Assembly (NCBI GenBank): GCA_048772705.1
Contig: JBLWGC010000012.1
Location: 1 to 49,633, forward strand
DNA length: 49,633 bases
Origin: Leidyana gryllorum EB-2025a
Taxonomy: Eukaryota; Protista; Apicomplexa
Reading direction: 5' to 3'
Of the stretch, positions 1-11,574 are shown one piece after another. A program made the position numbers and the translations under genes. Every line of letters begins with the position of its first letter. Position 1 is the stretch's first letter. The notes beneath the pieces are model-generated. The model saw nothing but the letters and a program-made list of their open reading frames with translations, searched no databases and had not been told where the DNA came from.

Positions 1-2141
1 CAATTGTTTTCGTAGCTTCAATCCACTCAATTCACGCTGGGGAATATCTGACTCGAAGTTTGATGCCACTTCAGCGAACTGGGCGTCTTCCACATTCTTC
101 ACAGTTGGTTCTTGCTGATTCTTCACCAGCTTGTAGTACAGTCCATTGGGATTGGCCATGAGTTCGTCGTGGGTCCCTTTCTCAACCACAGTCGACCCAG
201 CATTGTCTGGGTTGTCGAGGACAACGATGAGATCTGCCTTGCGTACGGTGGTAAGTCGATGAGCAATAATGATGGTTGTTCTCTTTTGTTCCTCAACAAT
301 GCGATCTAGAGTGGTTTGAACGATCTTTTCCGACTCGTTGTCGAGCGCACTGGTGGCTTCGTCGAGGATGAGGACAGAAGGGTTCCGTACGACTGCTCGA
401 GCAATGGCGATTCTCTGTTTCTGGCCTCCACTGAGTTGACCTCCACCTTCGCCGGCGTAGGTGTCATAGCCATCTGGGAAGTCGACAATGAAGTTGTGAG
501 CATTGGCGTTCTTAGCTGCGAGAATGATCTCGTCATCCGTCACCGTGTCTCCACAGCCAGTTCTTCCGAGTCTGATATTCTCGCGGATGGTAGTTGCAAA
601 AAGTCGTGGCTCCTGGGAGACGAGAGCCATTTGGCCACGTATCCAGTTTGGATTGTAGTTCCGGAGGTCTTCACCATCGATGAGGACCTCTCCGGCATCG
701 GGGTCGTAGAAGCGTTCGACCAATTGAATGATGGTTGACTTTCCACACCCGCTTCCTCCAACGAGTGCTACACTTTTTCCGGCAGGAATGGTGAGAGTGA
801 GATTATTGAAAACGGGTTTGTCAGGTCGGGTTGGGTAGGCAAACTTGACATTGCGGAACTCGATATCTCCTTTGATACGTTGGCCGCCATTCACGGCATC
901 TTTGCGTCCTTGATGAGATCGACTATCGATCTGAGATATGCGTTTGGTGATATTCTCAATGTCGTCGACTGCGCCAGAGGCCTTTGTGAGGGCTGAGAGA
1001 TGTGGGCCGGCTTGTCCGACAGCGTATGCCCCAAAGACGACAGAGAAGAAGACTGAGAGAACAGTTCCCCCATCGTAACAACGGATACTGCTGTCCCCAG
1101 CGAGGCACGTCTCATAAGTGTATTCGTCAATATCATCCGCGACGAGTTTGCTGCCGTACCAGAAAGCGAGGGCGAAAGTGCAGAAGAAGACAACTTGCAT
1201 TAGGCCTTGGCCAACACCCGACAGGATGGATTCTCGATGACCAAAGCGGAAGCTGTCATCCAATCCCCTTTTGTATTCGTCTATCATCCGGTTTTCGAGG
1301 CCGAAGGCAGCGATAGAGCGGATTGTGGTGAAGGCTTCTTCCGCAATACTCCCGGCGCCCGCGTAAGCTTTGCGGGCCCCCCTTCCGGCTTGTCCCATAA
1401 AAACCATCATGGCGGCTCCACATAGGGCGATGGCAGGCAGTGTGGCGGTGACGACAGCAGCCAGTTTCCAGCCTTTGTAGAGTCCAACAGCGTAGCCTCC
1501 GACGAACATTCCCATACCAGGAAGATTTGCGCCAGTTTCAGGCCGATCCCGGACCGGATGACTTTGATGGACTCGTTGAGCTTTGAGGAGAGGACACCTC
1601 CATCGAAACAGTCGAACCAGCCCATCTCTTGTCGGGTGACCGCTTTGAGAAAAGTGCTGCGTATCGCTCGTTTCTGACGTTCAGCGGCCATCTCCATACA
1701 CGCGGCCCCGAGGCCGGCCAGGACAAAATTGATTCCGCCAAGGATTAGTTGGGCCGCGACGTACCAATTGAGACTACGTCTCCCGCCGCCACCGCCCCCG
1801 TAACACTGATGATATCCCCCATCAGTGACATGAAAACCGGCTGCAATAATGGAGCGATTATTGTGTGTGGAGGAGACTTGTTGACTCACCATTAGTATAC
1901 CGCTGCCAAAGTTTAATATTATTGAGGTGCCAATTAGAAAGTGGTCCAGCCGAGTGCAGTATCGGAACACTCTGAAGCTGAATTTGGCTTTGGGGGGCTT
2001 TCTCTCGTCGTCGTCGTTGTCATTATTATTATTCACCGTCACATCGGGTTTCAAGAAGCTCGCAGTGGTGGTCTTGTGTTGATCCCCATCTGTCGTCAGC
2101 GGTGTTGAGTCTTCAACCTTAGCAATCAGCTCGTCGCTCAT
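1..2141 (-). CDS. ABCB/MDR1-like P-glycoprotein, copy 1 (5' half only, runs off the window; about 3 apparent single-base frameshifts)
   Basis: Close paralogue of 7212..11320 (RSLNWYVAAQ, AERQKRAIR, Walker [25 protein letters not shown]). One 49-nt intron at 1841..1889. Frame breaks near 1795, 1518 and 1068, two of them in G runs, so either a pseudogene or sequencing error. Confidence 0.85.
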
Positions 2142-2154
2142 GTCGCGGTCCTAT

Positions 2155-2250
2155 AGTTAGTCAGTCAGTCGCAGTCCCTTTGTCAGTCAGTCAGTCGCGA
2201 TCAGGTTTGTCTGTCAGCCAGTCAGTCGCGATCCCTTTGTCAGTCAGTCC
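2155..2250. repeat. Degenerate (CAGT)n microsatellite with internal duplications, just upstream of the ABCB copy 1 start
   Basis: Repeated gtcagtcagtc units; the blocks cagtcagtcgcgatc and ccctttgtcagtcagtc each occur twice. Confidence 0.8.
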
Positions 2251-2655
2251 CTTTTTCTGGGGGTCAGAACTTCAATTCTTTGTGTTCCGCCTGTTGTGCC
2301 ACAAAAAAAGGCTAATTCAATACTGATCAGTGAAAAGGGTGTGCGTAGCCCTAGCTAGGTGTGACACAACCCTTAGGGTTAAACTACTGCTTTGGAAGAT
2401 TTTTTCGTTTTTGAACTGCATGCTATGATATGATCTAGTGTTCCGGCCGGGCTAACACGGAGACACCGGGTCGACAAACACGCACGCGTGCTTCGCACGG
2501 ATTAAATTCATTTCTTAGATTGAACCGCAGGATGGCTAGAGATGGACTCAGGAGCAAGTCTGGCGCTGATCCAGAGGATGATCAAAGCCCTTCTGTCGAC
2601 CTCCCAGCAGATCCGGCCGACGATCAGCCGGTACAACTGATACCGGTTCAAATAC

Positions 2656-5600
2656 TCAAATAGATCCTGAGGCCATAGCGATCTCGACCAATTTTCTGTA
2701 CACTCCCTCTGGTATCCTCATCAGCTCGTCGTGTTTGCCTTCTTCGACAACTTTGGAGCCTTTGAGGGGATCGGGTTGGAACACAACAATCTTGTCCGAG
2801 TTCTTGACAGTCGATAAACGATGTGCAATGGTGATGGAAGTCTTCTTAGATCCACTCTTTCCAGCGACGAGCTCATTCAATGTTCTCTGAACAATGGCTT
2901 CGCTCTCCGAGTCGAGGGCACTGGTGGCCTCGTCGAACAACAAAATATCGGGATTACGAATGAGTGCCCGAGCGATAGCTATGCGTTGCTTTTGTCCTCC
3001 GGACATCTGACCTCCCCCACGTCCGACCTCTGTGTCGTAGGCCTCAGGTAACTGCTCTATAAAGTCAGCAGCGTTGGCCATTCTGGCCGCCCGGCGTATT
3101 TCCTCTTCGGTGGCGTCCAACTTTCCGTTGCGAATGTTCTCCAGAATGGTTCCGGTGAAGAGGACGGGTTCCTGCGAGACGAGTCCCATTCGGGATCTCA
3201 GATAGTTGATATTGAAGCTGCGGATATCCTTCTGCTCAACTCTAACCTGACCGCTGAAGAAATCCGAAACTGAGGCGGCATTCGCCGGTCGAGCCTCAGT
3301 CGGCATATTTTCTATCAATACTCTAAAGTTGTCGCTCGGCCCCACATCATAGAATCGTTGCTGCAATGGACAGTGAGTGAGTGAAGGATTTCAATGCCGT
3401 CGCTCACCAGGAATTGGATTATTGTCGACTTTCCGCATCCGGAAGCTCCGACCAACGCTACAGATTGGCCCGGCTCCACTTTGAAAGAGACACCGTCTAA
3501 GATAGGCTGTTCGGGGCGGCCTGGATATCGGAAGGCGACATCTTCCAGACTCATTGACCCGGTTATGGGTGTGGAGGCGTCTCCTCGCGTGTGCCGCGCA
3601 TCGACTGCCGGGTGTCGATCCAAAATATAAAACATGTTGTGACAGGCTGCTTTGGTCTTCTTGGTGTCCGTAGCGAACGCAGTGGCTCTGCCGAGGCCCT
3701 GAGCAGCGATCATCAGAACCATCACCGTTCGCATCACCGTCTCCAATTCCAGCCCCTCTTCGTTCTTGATCAGGTATCCCGCGTACCAATAAGAGAGTCC
3801 GTTAGCGAAAGCCATCACTCCCGTTGCGAACCCGGAAGACAAACCAGTGACAATGGCATTCCGCGAGGCCCGAGAGAACTCTTTGGACAATGCGGTCGCG
3901 TACAGATTCTCCATTTGCTGTCGGTTGAAAGAATGGCTGTCTCAGGGGAGGAGAAATTTGTTTGTCTCACGTTCTGCATATTATAAGCTGCGATAGTCCG
4001 CAGATTGGTGACCACTTCGTTCAGCACAAAGTGGGTCGTCTGTTCAGAGATCAATGATAAATTCTTGACTCTTCCTCGACGACGACGACAACGACTCACC
4101 GTCTTATCAAAGAGGGTATCCTGCAGATCGTGGGCTTGGGGTCGACTGGGTTGGGTCTTTTTCATCTGGATGTACACAGCCGGAACCATCAACGAGTACG
4201 CGGCCAATGCGACGAGGGCCAGGAGCGCGTGGCCTGAGAAGGCGACCACCAGCGCGATGATGAGAGTGAAGGCGTTCTGAATGACTAAACTGAGATTCTC
4301 GCCCGTCATCCCTCGAGTCAGAGCGCAGTCGGCTGATAGCACAGCACTAATGTGGCCGGTGTTGTTCTCCGGATCGTCAAAGTACTCCATGTCTTGATAC
4401 ATCAGAGCTCCAAATATGTTGCGTCGCATAGTGGCCACTAACCGCTCGCCAATGGTCCCCCATCCATACTGCGCCAAGAAGAAGGCCACACCCGCGCCAC
4501 AGCCCAACCCCACCAATATCAATGCTCGATCACTCCCCGCTTGCCGCATAGCATCAAAGTCACCCCCTGGAGTAAAGAAGACACCGAGGAAACTCGTGAT
4601 AACAATCATCAACGAGGGGAACGTTGCACCTCCCGCAGCGGATCCTATCGCCCCAATGAGGGCATATGGCCAATCCGGTTTGGTATATTTCCACAATCTT
4701 CGCGTCTTTCCTTTCTGCAACGCCTCAAGCGGAGTGTCGTCCAGCAGCTTCACAATACTGCCAGAACCCTTCTTAGACGAAGAACCCTTCGAAACACTCC
4801 TGTGGATCACACTGGCCGACTTGGACACTGCACGGCGACGCCGACGGCGAGGGCGACATTTGACTGACTCTTCCCATACATCAATTTCTCACCTTTGCTC
4901 GGAATCCGTTGCATTGTGGAGGGAGTGGCATCTTTGCCTTCGCCTTTGCCTTCGCCTTTGTCGTCGTTGGCGACCATTTGTTGGGCGGTGACGAGGGAAT
5001 GGTATATTCCGTCTCGGTTTCTCATGAGCTCCTCGTGAGTACCAAACTCTGCCACTTTGGCTCCACGGCCATCAGAGTTCTCAAAGACAATGATTTTGTC
5101 TGCAGTTCGGATTGTGGTCAGCCGGTGGGCAATAATGATAGTGGTTCTGCGTTTCATCTTGATGAGATCGTCTAATGCTTTCTGAACGATCTTTTCGGAC
5201 TCATTGTCGAGAGCGCTGGTCGCTTCGTCCCCCAGAGAGGAGACCACCCGCTTGACCCACTTCGGTTTCGTATCCATCCGGGAAGGCTGCGATAAAGTCG
5301 TGGGCGTTGGCAGCCCGCGCGGCCTCAATCATCTGCCGGTCGGTGACCGTCGAGGGATCTTTCGCTCCGCAGATAATGTTCTCTCTCACTGAGGAACTGA
5401 ACAATTTTGGTTCCTGAGAGACCAGCGCGATTTGGCTGCGCAGCCACCGGATGTTGAGATTGCGTATGTCGGTCCCGTCGATTTCAACCGCACCCCCAGT
5501 GACATCGTAAAAGCGTTCGATTAGTTGGATAGCGGTGGATTTCCCGCAACCCGAGGCACCCACCAGCGCCACAGTCTCGCCAGCGGCAATGCTAAAGGTA

Positions 5601-6946
5601 ACCCCGTCATAGATCTGACGCTCAGTGCGCGTCGGATAGTGAAACTCGACTCGGTTAAACTTGATGGCCCCATCTATTTTGGAAGGGGTCTGCAGAGGAG
5701 AGAGACGTCGCAGTCACTCGGATCCGAGAACACAATCAGCAGCTCACCGCACCGCTCTCGTCAAAGGGATCGACTGCAGAGTGTCGGCCAATGAGTTGGA
5801 GGACCGCACCGACGGACCGGCTGCTTGAGATAACGAACTGAGATTGGGTCCGATCTGTCCCAGAGAGAAAGACGCCGCCATAATGGAAAAGAAGACAGTC
5901 ATCACTCTGCCGCCCATACTGAAGTCTCGGCCGTCGGTGGCCACGAGGCGGTCGACCACCAATTTGTTACCGTACCACCAACCGAGAGCGTAGGAGAGGA
6001 AGAGGACTCCAAAGATGCATCCGAACAGCACAGATCTAAAGACGTTATTCTTTCGATCCTGCGTCTCAGAGATACGGAGTTTAGCGTTAAACTTGTCGAT
6101 AAACAGCTCCTCCAAACCAAAAGCTGCAATGGTTCGCATCGCCGGGACAGCCTGCGATGGGGTGTCTGTTCGGGCCGGGGGGCGGTCGACTACCCGACTA
6201 CGATTACCTCCTCAGCGATGGATCCGGCCTGGGCGAAGGCTTCATCGGCCTTTTTGACAGCTTTGCGCATTTTGATGCCAAAGATACTCATTCCGGCCCC
6301 GAGGAGGGGTACAACGGATGTCATAACGAGGGCGAGCTGCCACCCACGGACGAGGGCAACAACGTATCCGATATGAATTGTGCACCAAACTGCCATACGA
6401 GGGCGAATTTGAGTCCGACGGCGTCTCTGAAGCGGATGGTGGACTGTTCTATGTCGGTGGCGAGCGATCCGGGATCTTTGGTATCGTAGAAAGCGACCTC
6501 TTGACGCAACACGCCGTGCACATAGGCCCGTTTCAGAGCTGCCGACTGCCGCTCTGCGCAGACTTCAAAGAGAGTGTGTCCAATGGTACCCAAAACGAAA
6601 GTGACGGCACCAATTACGGCAAAGTTACGCACAATGAGATACAGAGCGTCATCCAATTCTCCAACTCCCATTCGGTTAACCGAGTCACCCAAGACGAGCA
6701 TATTGAGAGGCTGAGAGAAACGGATGGACCGCCGGCGGGAAGAGAGGCCTGCCTTACGGGTGCAGTTCCTTGCCCCATACAGCACAGAACAGCCCAGAAT
6801 AACATGTGTTTGTCCTTTCTATCAGCAAAGGCAAACGCCTCTTTCAGAGAGGTCTTTGGTGCCTCTTCGCCGACAGAGTCGGACGCCCCATTAGCGGCCC
6901 CGGGCTGCTGCTGTGCCTCGCTAGCCTCTTCCACGGCGGAGTCCAT
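2656..6946 (-). pseudogene. ABCB/MDR1-like P-glycoprotein, copy 2 (full TMD-NBD-TMD-NBD layout, 7 introns, disrupted as sequenced)
   Basis: Two Walker A motifs (GASGCGKS); NBD2 has MSGGQKQR and FDEATSALD. Introns at about 6711-6757, 6152-6207, 5690-5747, 4828-4892, 4044-4099, 3918-3970, 3361-3407. Frameshifts near 6369 and 5815. In NBD1 LSGG joins DEATSALD out of frame at ~5229. Family is secure; pseudogene status depends on assembly accuracy. Confidence 0.75.
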
Positions 6947-6954
6947 ATGCGGCG

Positions 6955-6973
6955 TAGGGTTTAGGGTTTAGGG
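6955..6973. repeat. Short interstitial TTTAGGG telomere-type repeat / telo-box-like motif
   Basis: TAGGG-TTTAGGG-TTTAGGG, 8 nt upstream of the copy 2 ATG. Confidence 0.6.
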
Positions 6974-7211
6974 CGGGTAATGGTGGTGAGGGGAAAAAGG
7001 AGATCAGATGATGGGTGGTGGTTATCTCTCCCTTTGTGCTCACTGAGACTTGGAGTGTTGACATATGTACGTCATTCACATAGATGGCCGCCTAAGGGCC
7101 ATCTATTGAGACAGAAATAGAAAATTAAATTTCGCAAAGATAGACAACAACTGGAGTCACGATGACATTGTTTTGAGTCTGAGCGCTATATGTGAGTGTG
7201 TGTGTCCCTTC

Positions 7212-10200
7212 TCAAGATTTCTGGGGGCGGCCGCCCTCAGCGATTGTGACGAGACCGCGGTATACACCGCCTTCAATGGCCATCAACTGCTGATGAGTTC
7301 CCACCTCCACAACCTTTGACCCTTCTTGCTCTTCATTGACCAGTACAACAATCTTATCAGCGTTACGTACAGTCGATAACCTGTGAGCGATGACTATAGT
7401 ACTCCGCTTGTGTTGTTCCAACAGGTTATCCAAAGCCGCCTGTACAATCTTCTCACTTTCACTGTCCAGGGCGCTTGTCGCTTCGTCGAGAATCAGAAGA
7501 GACGGATTACGAATGAGAGCGCGGGCTATGGCGATTCTTTGTTTCTGACCTCCACTCAGCTTTCCACCCATCTTTCCGACGTTCGTCTCATAGCCTTCCG
7601 GGAACTCGCTGATGAAGTGGTGAGCGTTGGCCATCTTGCACGCCTCCTCCACTTCGGACAAACTCGCGCCTCCCTCCTTTCCGGCAGCAATGTTGTCAGC
7701 GATACTGTTGCTAAACAACACCGGCTCCTGGTTCACCAAACCAATCTTGCTGCGCAGAGACCGAACATTGATGTCCCGAATGTCCATCCCGTCAATCGTG
7801 ATACGCCCACCGCCCGGAACCCGCGGACTGTCAGCGCCGCCACCAACTTCCAACGCATAATCATCACTGACATCGTAGAAACGCTCAATCAGTTGAACAG
7901 CCGTCGACTTCCCGCAACCACTCGGACCCACCAAAGCTACAACTTCTCCGTGCTCCAAGGTGAAACTCAGATCGTTGTAGATCGGCACATCTGGTCGCTG
8001 AGGATAACGGAAATTCACCTTCTCGAACCTCAGTTCCTGCTTCAAACCGCCAATAGAACGACCCTCCAAACTTCGGGCGTCGATCTTTGGCTTCCTGTCC
8101 CGAACATACCAGATACGGTTGGCAGCCTTCTGCGCCGCAGCGTTGTCCACAGTAAAAATCATCGTCTGACCCATTCCCATCGCGGCCATCATCAAAGCAA
8201 AGATGGCACGCATCATAATTTGAATGTCAATTTCGCCCTTCTCCACCAATCGGCCACCGTACCACAGACATAGTGCTTGGACTGCGTATTGTGCAAATTG
8301 AGTCAAACCCCAAGCAAAACCAGCAATATACGCCTTCTTCCGTCCACCGTAGTATTCGCGATCGACAACAACGTCATACCGCCCACACATGTGGTCCTCA
8401 AGTGAGTACGCAGCCACAGTCCTCATGTTCACTATCGTCTCATTGATAATGAAACCAGCGGTTTCCTTCCCTTCACCACGAGCCTTGCTCTCCTCACTCA
8501 TTCCACCCTCGGCAAAAAACTTGGTTTCCAACATAACCGCGGGGGCCAACAAGCAACAAGCACCCAAACATACTCCTGCCAACTTGGCAGACGCCGTGAA
8601 GGAGATGATGACACCGGCAATCAGAGCCACCGCGTTCTGTAGATAGATGCCCAAGTTTTCGCCAACCCAACCCTTCACTGTCACCACATCACCACTCAGA
8701 ATTTCACTGAGGTTACCCGTAGCGTGCTCCGGACTGTCGAAGAACTCCATATCCTGATACATAATGTTCGAAAACGTTTGCTCGCGCAATTGCCGTGTGA
8801 GACGGGTACCCGCATAGCCGAACAAGTATTGTTGGCCGAGCATAGCTATGCCCACCACACAGGCGAATACGACGAAGATGATAGACCAGAAGCTTGCGTC
8901 CGAACGCACATCCTCAGGCTCGGTCTGGAAGAAAACGCCGACGAACTCCGACATGCAGATCGAGAAAACGGGCCACAAGCAGCCATTAACTGCGGCCGCA
9001 ATACAACCCATTGTGACATGCATCCACCAGGGCTTGAGTAGTTTGACCACTTGACGCCACTTGACCCGATTGGGATCCTTGGCACACATCTTGGAGGATT
9101 TGGCGGCATCGGGATCAGTCTTGCTTATGATGCTTGCAGTGCCACTGATGCGGCTCCTGCTGCCGTCCAGCGAATGCCGGCTCACACGTGAGAATCGGCT
9201 TCGGAGTTTGAGTCCGCTCAACTCGCGTTTTGGGATGTCGCCCGAGAAATTGGCAGCAACTTCGGCGAATTGGCGATCCTCCACATTTTTGACACCAGGA
9301 TCTTGCTGGTTGCGGACCAAGTTGTAGTACAGACCGTTAGGGATGGCCATGAGTTCATCGTGAGTTCCTTGTTCAACGACCACCGCTCCAGCATTATCGG
9401 GGTTGTCCAGAACCACAATGACATCAGCTTTGCGTACGGTGGTGAGCCTGTGAGCAATGATGATAGTGGTTCGCTTCTGTTGTTCGACAATCTGATCCAA
9501 AGTTTCTTGAACGATCTTTTCAGATTCATTGTCCAAAGCACTGGTGGCTTCGTCAAGGATGAGGATGGCGGGGTCGCGGACAATGGCGCGAGCGATGGCG
9601 ACACGTTGTTTTTGGCCACCACTGAGTTGTCCACCTCCCTCTCCAACATAGGTGTCATATTTTTTTGGGAAGTCCATGATGAAGTTGTGAGCGTTGGCAT
9701 TTTTAGCTGCTTGAACAAGTTGGTCGTTGGTGGTGTCCTGGCCACAACCTATCCGACCAGCTTTGATATTCTCTCGAATGCTGGCAGCGAAGAGTTTGGG
9801 CTCCTGCGAGACCAGAGCTATTTGACCGCGAATCCATTTAGGGTTGTAGTTGCGAAGATCTTGTCCATCGATGAGGATCTGACCTCCATCAGGATCATAG
9901 AAGCGCTCGACGAGCTGAATGATGGTGGATTTGCCGCATCCGCTGCCCCCGACGAGGGCGACGCTCTTTCCGGCGGGAATGGTGAGGTTCAGATTGCCAA
10001 AGATCGGTTTTTCCGTACGAGTTGGATAAGCGAATTTGACGTTTCGGAACTCGATGTGACCCTCAATTCGGCTGGCTCCACCGGGTGCTTGTTTGAACCC
10101 TTCGGTTGTCTCACTGTTGATGAGGGATTTGCGCGAGGTGAGTTTCTCAATGTCCCCGATGGCCCCGGAGGCTTTGCCCAAGGCCGAGATGTTGGGTCCC

Positions 10201-11320
10201 GCTTGCCCAACGGCGAAGGCACCGATGATGACGCAGAAGAAGACGGACATGACGGTACCTCCAGAGTAGCAGGAGATGTCATTGTCTCCATAGCAGCCCA
10301 GAATGCCGTGTTCTTCCAGATCGTCGGCAATGAGTTTGCTTCCGTACCAGAAGCCGAGAGCGTAGGTACAGAACATGGAGGCCATCATGGCGCCGAGCCC
10401 GAATCCAACTGAGAGCGCTTCTCTGCGGCCAAAGTTGAAACTTTCATTGAGGCCGGTGGTGTATTCTTGGATCATTCTGTTCTCGAGGCCGAAGGCGGCG
10501 ATGGAACGAATGGTAGAGAATGCTTCTTCAGCGATACTTCCAGCACCGGCGTAGGCTCGTCGGGCTCCGGCGCCAGCATCGGCCATAAACTTCATCATCA
10601 TCCAACCGCAGAACGCGATGACAGGAAGTGTCGCGGAGATAACCAAAGCAAGTTTCCATCCCTTGTAGATACCGACGACGTATCCGCCGACGAACATTCC
10701 CGCGAACATGAAAACTTGGCCGAGTTTGAGTCCAATGCCATCTCGAATGACTTTCACAGATTCGTTCAGCTTTGAGCTCAATTCGCCTCCATCAAATCGG
10801 TCAAACCACCCAATTTCTTGGCGAGTAATCGCCCGTACAAATCCACTTCGTATGGCTCGCTTTTGTCTTTCAGCAGCCAATTCTATAGTTGTCGCGCCGA
10901 TCCAGGAGAGAACAAAGGACATTCCTCCCATAACCAATTGGGCTGCGACGTACCAATTGAGGGATCTTCCTCCTGACGGAGCCCCAACGGTGTTCACCAA
11001 GTCACCGAACAGGGACATAAAAACCGGCTGCGGACGGGATGGAAAATGGGCTCACGGGCACAATGAACGAACAAACGTACCAGCAGAACGCCAGCGGCGA
11101 GGTTGGCTATCGCCGAGATGGCGATAAGAGTGTAATCTGTTGTGCCACCATATCGGAATACTCGCAAACTAAATCCAGATGGCGCTTCGGTTTCCTCCGT
11201 CTTAGCAGCAGCTACGGGAGAGTCGTCCGATATGCTACGATCTCTGCTATTATCTTCTGTGGTAGCGGGAGTGTCCAGATTCTTCCCGCCCGGTTCTTGC
11301 ACAGTAACCGGAGACCTCAT
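7212..11320 (-). CDS. ABCB/MDR1-like P-glycoprotein, copy 3 (intact full transporter)
   Basis: Exon 1 11320..11081 (MRSPVTV...AGVLL), 53-nt intron 11028..11080, then an uninterrupted frame to 7212 with two TMDs and two NBDs ([38 protein letters not shown]). Confidence 0.95.
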
Positions 11321-11574
11321 TGACAGAGAGTAGAATCGCCAATTTTTTTCTGCCACAAAATGCCGTCGACGGCACCCTGCACTAATGTCCCAAAAAGGTG
11401 ATGAGGAGACTGCTGGTCGACTTTTCTTCGGTGTGCGTTATCACACGTGGCTGTGTGGGTATCACACGCAGCTGAACCCAACCCTATCGCTTCAAAGCGC
11501 GATCTGAAGGGTCCTTCACCCTTCTCACAGCCGCCTCGCAGGTCGGGACTAAAAATGTTTTGGGCCAATGGGCC

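Noticed and set aside
7383-10412. Long + strand ORFs (296 aa, 380 aa) opposite ABCB copy 3
   Set aside because: Antisense shadows of a well-conserved coding sequence; no independent motifs.
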